From Acutalibacteraceae bacterium (GTDB lineage: Bacteria > Bacillota > Clostridia > Oscillospirales > Acutalibacteraceae): 58,042 bases of DNA. Numbering within the stretch: position 1 is the stretch's first letter; every line of letters starts with the position of its first letter. Location of the stretch: assembly GCA_045613625.1 (NCBI GenBank), contig JAZLBI010000132.1, positions 1 through 58,042 on the forward strand, read 5' to 3'. Under the pieces are notes generated by a model. It saw nothing but the letters and a program-made list of their open reading frames with translations, was not told the origin of the DNA and searched no databases. Position numbers and translations under genes: made by a program. Of the stretch, positions 54,920 to 58,042 are shown piece by piece.

Positions 54920-55563
54920 TGAAAGGTTTTGACTATTCAAAGGTTAACGAAGAGGGAGAGCTTTATGATAAGCTTCGCCCCCTCGGCAAAAAAATAATAA
55001 ACAGTCTTTATGAAGTGAATTATATCGGAACAGAAAACATTCCTGAAGACGGTGGTTTTATAATTGCGTCAAACCATGTCAAGGCTCTTGATCCCGTGTT
55101 TATTGCGGTAGGTGTTGAAAAAAGACAGATTCATTTTATGGGCAAAAAAGAGCTTTTCGAAAAGCCGATAATCCGCTCACTTCTAAAAAAAGCAAACGGT
55201 TTCCCCATCGTCAGAGGCGGCGCAGATAAAGAAGCTATTGATTATGCGGAAAGAGTTGTAAAAGAGGGTCATATTCTCGGAATATTCCCCGAAGGCACTC
55301 GTTCAAAGGATTATAAACCCGCAAGAGCAAAATCGGGAGTAGGCCTTATCGCAAAGGAAGCAAAAGCCGATATTCTTCCCGTTTCAATTTATAACTGCGA
55401 TGAAATGAAGAAAGGAACAAAGCTTACAATCAGATTCGGCGAACTCATTCCTTATGAAAAACTCGGATTTACCGAGGACGGTCCGAGAGAAGAGGTCAAA
55501 GAATGCGCAAAGCTTGTTATGAGCGAAATAGTGAAGCTTTGGGGTATGGGCCATTGCGAATAA
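54919..55563 (+). CDS. plsC: 1-acyl-sn-glycerol-3-phosphate acyltransferase
   Basis: NH....DP, F..K.ELF, IFPEGTRS; position after cmk. Confidence 0.9.
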   Translation: MKGFDYSKVNEEGELYDKLRPLGKKIINSLYEVNYIGTENIPEDGGFIIASNHVKALDPVFIAVGVEKRQIHFMGKKELFEKPIIRSLLKKANGFPIVRGGADKEAIDYAERVVKEGHILGIFPEGTRSKDYKPARAKSGVGLIAKEAKADILPVSIYNCDEMKKGTKLTIRFGELIPYEKLGFTEDGPREEVKECAKLVMSEIVKLWGMGHCE

Positions 55564-57581
55564 CACTTGCGAAAACAGCGGGCTTTTGTTTCGGCGTTGA
55601 CAGAGCGGTGGAAATGGCATATGAACTTGCCGAAAAGAATGTTAAAGCCGCAACGCTCGGAGAGTTGATACACAATAATTATGTAACATCGCAGCTTGAG
55701 AATAAAGGAGTTCGTCTTATTGATACTCCGTCTCAGGCGCATTCGGGTGAAACGGTTCTTATCCGTGCACACGGTGTTGCTTACAGCGTTTATAAAGAGC
55801 TTGAAGAAACAGGCGCAGAAATATGCGATGCAACCTGCCCGTTTGTTAAAAAAATCCATACCGTTGTTGCCGAAAATTCATCGGCGGATATTCCCGTTCT
55901 GATTGCGGGTGACCCAAATCATCCCGAAGTTATCGGAATAAAGGGCCACAGCAACGGTGATGTTTTTGTTTTTAACTGCGCGGCTGAACTTGAAAAAATT
56001 CTTAAAGAAAACAACGGATTGTGCGAAAAAAGAATAATCGTTGTTTCTCAGACGACTTTTTCTCAAAAAGAATGGAAAATTTGTAAAGAAAAAATAAAAA
56101 TATACTGTACAAACGCAAAAATTTTTGATACAATATGCAGTGCGACCCGTAAAAGGCAGGATGAAGCTGCTGAGCTTTCAAAGAAAAGCGATATGATGAT
56201 TATCATCGGCGGGCGCCACAGTTCAAACACCGCAAAGCTCAAAGCGGTATGCAGTGAAAACTGCGAAACATATTTGGTGGAAAGAGCCGACGAGCTCAGG
56301 ACCATAGATTTTTCCAATCACGCCGAAGTCGGCGTCACGGCGGGGGCATCAACCCCTTCCGTAATAATTAAGGAGGTACTTTTAGAAATGTCCGAAATCG
56401 TAAACGAAACCACAAAATTGCAGGTAGAGGAGGTGCCTTCTGAAGCAGCAGTAATAACAGACGACATGGATTTTTCCGCAGCACTTGAAGCTTCGCTCAG
56501 CAGCATGAGCACTGACCAGAAGGTTAAGGGCGTTGTTATGGGCATCACTCCCACAGAAATCCAGGTAGATATCGGCAGAAAGCATGCCGGTTATGTTCCC
56601 ATGGATGAGTACAGCGCAGACCCCAACGCAAATGCAGCAAAGGAGCTTAAGATCGGCGACGAAATCGATCTTATCATCATGAAAACAAATGATGCCGAAG
56701 GAACTGTTATGCTTTCAAAGAAGCGTTTTGATGCTCAGAACGCTTGGGTTGAAATTATTGCCGCTGAAGAAGACGGCAGAGTTCTTGAAGGCACAGTTGC
56801 AGAAGTTGTTAAGGGCGGCGTAAGAGTTGTTTCAAACGGCGTTCGCGTATTCGTTCCCGCTTCACACGCAACAGAGCGCAGAGATGAGAACCTTGAAGAT
56901 CTTCTCAAGAAGACTGTTAAGTTCCGCATCATCGAAGTTAACAAGCAGAGAAGAAGAGCTGTTGGTTCAATCCGCTCAGTTCTTAAGGATGCAAAGAAGG
57001 AAGCATCGGAAGCTTTCTGGGCACAGGCAGCAGAAGGCCAGACATATCACGGTGTTGTTAAGTCAATGACAAACTACGGCGCATTTGTTGATATCGGCGG
57101 CATCGACGGTATGGTTCACATTTCAGAAATGTCATGGAAGCGTATCAAGAATCCTTCAGAAGTGTTCGAAATCGGTCAGGAAGTTGATGTTTACATCAAG
57201 TCACTTGACGCAGAAAACAAGAAGATTTCTCTCGGCTACAGAAAAGACGAGGATAACCCCTGGGCAATCCTCAAGAACAACTATCCCGAAGGAACAGTTG
57301 TTGAAGCTGAAAACGTTGGCATGACAACATTCGGTGCTTTTGCAAGAGTTATCCCCGGCATCGATGGCCTTATCCACATCTCACAGATTGCTGACCGTCA
57401 TATCAGCAAGCCTCAGGATGTTCTTAAGGTTGGCGAAACCGTAACTTGCAAGATCACTGCAATTGATTACGATAAGAAGCGCGTAAGCCTTTCAATCCGT
57501 GCTCTCATCGAGCCCGCTGCTGAAGAAGCAGTTGAAGAGGCTGTTGCTGAAGAAGCTGTGGCAGAAGAAGCAGCTGAATAA
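55554..57581 (+). CDS. ispH-rpsA: Bifunctional IspH / 30S ribosomal protein S1 fusion
   Basis: AGFCFGV.RA, IHN, DATCPFV, SQTT, TIC.AT..RQ, SSNT.KL, TAGASTP, then four S1 repeats; TTG start 55554 chosen by homology pattern and GGGGT SD. Confidence 0.95.
   Translation: MRITLAKTAGFCFGVDRAVEMAYELAEKNVKAATLGELIHNNYVTSQLENKGVRLIDTPSQAHSGETVLIRAHGVAYSVYKELEETGAEICDATCPFVKKIHTVVAENSSADIPVLIAGDPNHPEVIGIKGHSNGDVFVFNCAAELEKILKENNGLCEKRIIVVSQTTFSQKEWKICKEKIKIYCTNAKIFDTICSATRKRQDEAAELSKKSDMMIIIGGRHSSNTAKLKAVCSENCETYLVERADELRTIDFSNHAEVGVTAGASTPSVIIKEVLLEMSEIVNETTKLQVEEVPSEAAVITDDMDFSAALEASLSSMSTDQKVKGVVMGITPTEIQVDIGRKHAGYVPMDEYSADPNANAAKELKIGDEIDLIIMKTNDAEGTVMLSKKRFDAQNAWVEIIAAEEDGRVLEGTVAEVVKGGVRVVSNGVRVFVPASHATERRDENLEDLLKKTVKFRIIEVNKQRRRAVGSIRSVLKDAKKEASEAFWAQAAEGQTYHGVVKSMTNYGAFVDIGGIDGMVHISEMSWKRIKNPSEVFEIGQEVDVYIKSLDAENKKISLGYRKDEDNPWAILKNNYPEGTVVEAENVGMTTFGAFARVIPGIDGLIHISQIADRHISKPQDVLKVGETVTCKITAIDYDKKRVSLSIRALIEPAAEEAVEEAVAEEAVAEEAAE
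56369..56390 (+). promoter_or_regulatory. Internal ribosome-binding site and in-frame ATG at the IspH/S1 junction
   Basis: TAAGGAGGT-N10-ATG (56388), in frame. Confidence 0.7.
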
Positions 57582-57594
57582 TATTTTGTATTTT

Positions 57595-57625
57595 GCCGCC
57601 CGCAGTTTTTTCTGTGGGCGGTTTT
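57595..57625 (+). terminator. Terminator after ispH-rpsA
   Basis: GCCGCCCGCAG-TTTTTT-CTGTGGGCGGT then TTT. Confidence 0.75.
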
Positions 57626-57655
57626 GATAATATCATAATTAATTTGGAGATAACA

Positions 57656-58042
57656 ATGAAGTTGGTTGAATTATCGTGTCCCAATTGCGGTGCAAAATTA
57701 GAATTAAGCGATGAAAATAAAAATGCTTCATGTAAATTTTGCGGAACTGAATTGCTGATAGATGATGAAGTAAAGAATATCAAAATAGTTGATGCCGAAA
57801 AAATCGGCTATGAGTTTGAAAAAGGTCGTCAGCGGGCAAAAGATGAAATTAAAAAGTCAAATGAAATCAATAAGTCCGCAGATTCAAAAAAAATAAAAAA
57901 TAAAGCAAAGTTTCTCGGCCCTTTTTACTGCATACTTGCAGCGGTTGTGTGGGGCCTTTCATTTGTTGCGCAGAGCGAAGGCGCAGCCATAGGCACATTT
58001 ACCTTCAACGGCTTGCGTACTCTTCTTGGCGGTATTGTTCTT
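57656..58042 (+). CDS. Zinc-ribbon domain fused to EamA/DMT transporter, 3' end beyond window (absent from ORF track)
   Basis: Hand translation: MKLVELSCPNCGAKL...CKFCGT...GYEFEKGRQR...ILAAVVWGLSFVAQS.G...GTFTFNGLR.LLGG; GGAG SD; no stop to window end. Confidence 0.8.
   Translation, partial: MKLVELSCPNCGAKLELSDENKNASCKFCGTELLIDDEVKNIKIVDAEKIGYEFEKGRQRAKDEIKKSNEINKSADSKKIKNKAKFLGPFYCILAAVVWGLSFVAQSEGAAIGTFTFNGLRTLLGGIVL

Noticed and set aside
1-58042. CRISPR arrays, IS elements, toxin-antitoxin or defence systems
   Set aside because: No regularly spaced repeats, transposases, nucleases or reverse transcriptases recognised by eye; short or very divergent ones could have been missed

Overview
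58 kb of chromosomal DNA from a Bacillota (Clostridia, probably Oscillospirales/Ruminococcaceae-like) gut- or rumen-type anaerobe. The taxonomy is inferred from the sigmaA promoters, GGAGG Shine-Dalgarno (SD) sites, the cmk-plsC-ispH/rpsA operon and the Val-Asp-Phe-Gly-Cys tRNA cluster. I saw no CRISPR array, transposase, integrase or prophage. Content: six tRNAs; housekeeping genes (DAHP synthase, nrdR, metA, coaX, proC, prs, mscL, mscS, plsY, plsC, cmk, ispH-rpsA); and many glycan- and lipid-scavenging genes (GH29, GH95, GH36, GH123-like, sulfatase plus maturase, three MelB/GPH-type MFS transporters, two Dcr2-like phosphoesterases, GDPD, acyl-CoA ligase, Sfp). Most notable observations: (1) a two-gene operon pairing a phytoene-dehydrogenase-like flavoprotein with a flavin/2Fe-2S reductase, substrate unknown; (2) an otherwise intact GH95 gene interrupted by one in-frame TAG; (3) a perfect internal SD+ATG and a candidate internal promoter inside the ispH-rpsA fusion; (4) a pan-motif-like hairpin with two bulged A's in front of the pantothenate S-component gene; (5) NrdR-box-like sites over the nrdR and prs promoters; (6) a GHL10 lipoprotein plus an amidase carrying a degenerate GHL10 barrel, with a sporulation-type promoter opposed by an antisense sigmaA promoter; (7) a ~115-nt G-U-rich rod hairpin behind tRNA-Leu; (8) a sortase-type surface protein with an internal 43-aa hydrophobic segment; (9) a zinc-ribbon::EamA chimera at the right edge. 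All functional calls come from motifs recognised by eye; no database searches or folding programs were run.
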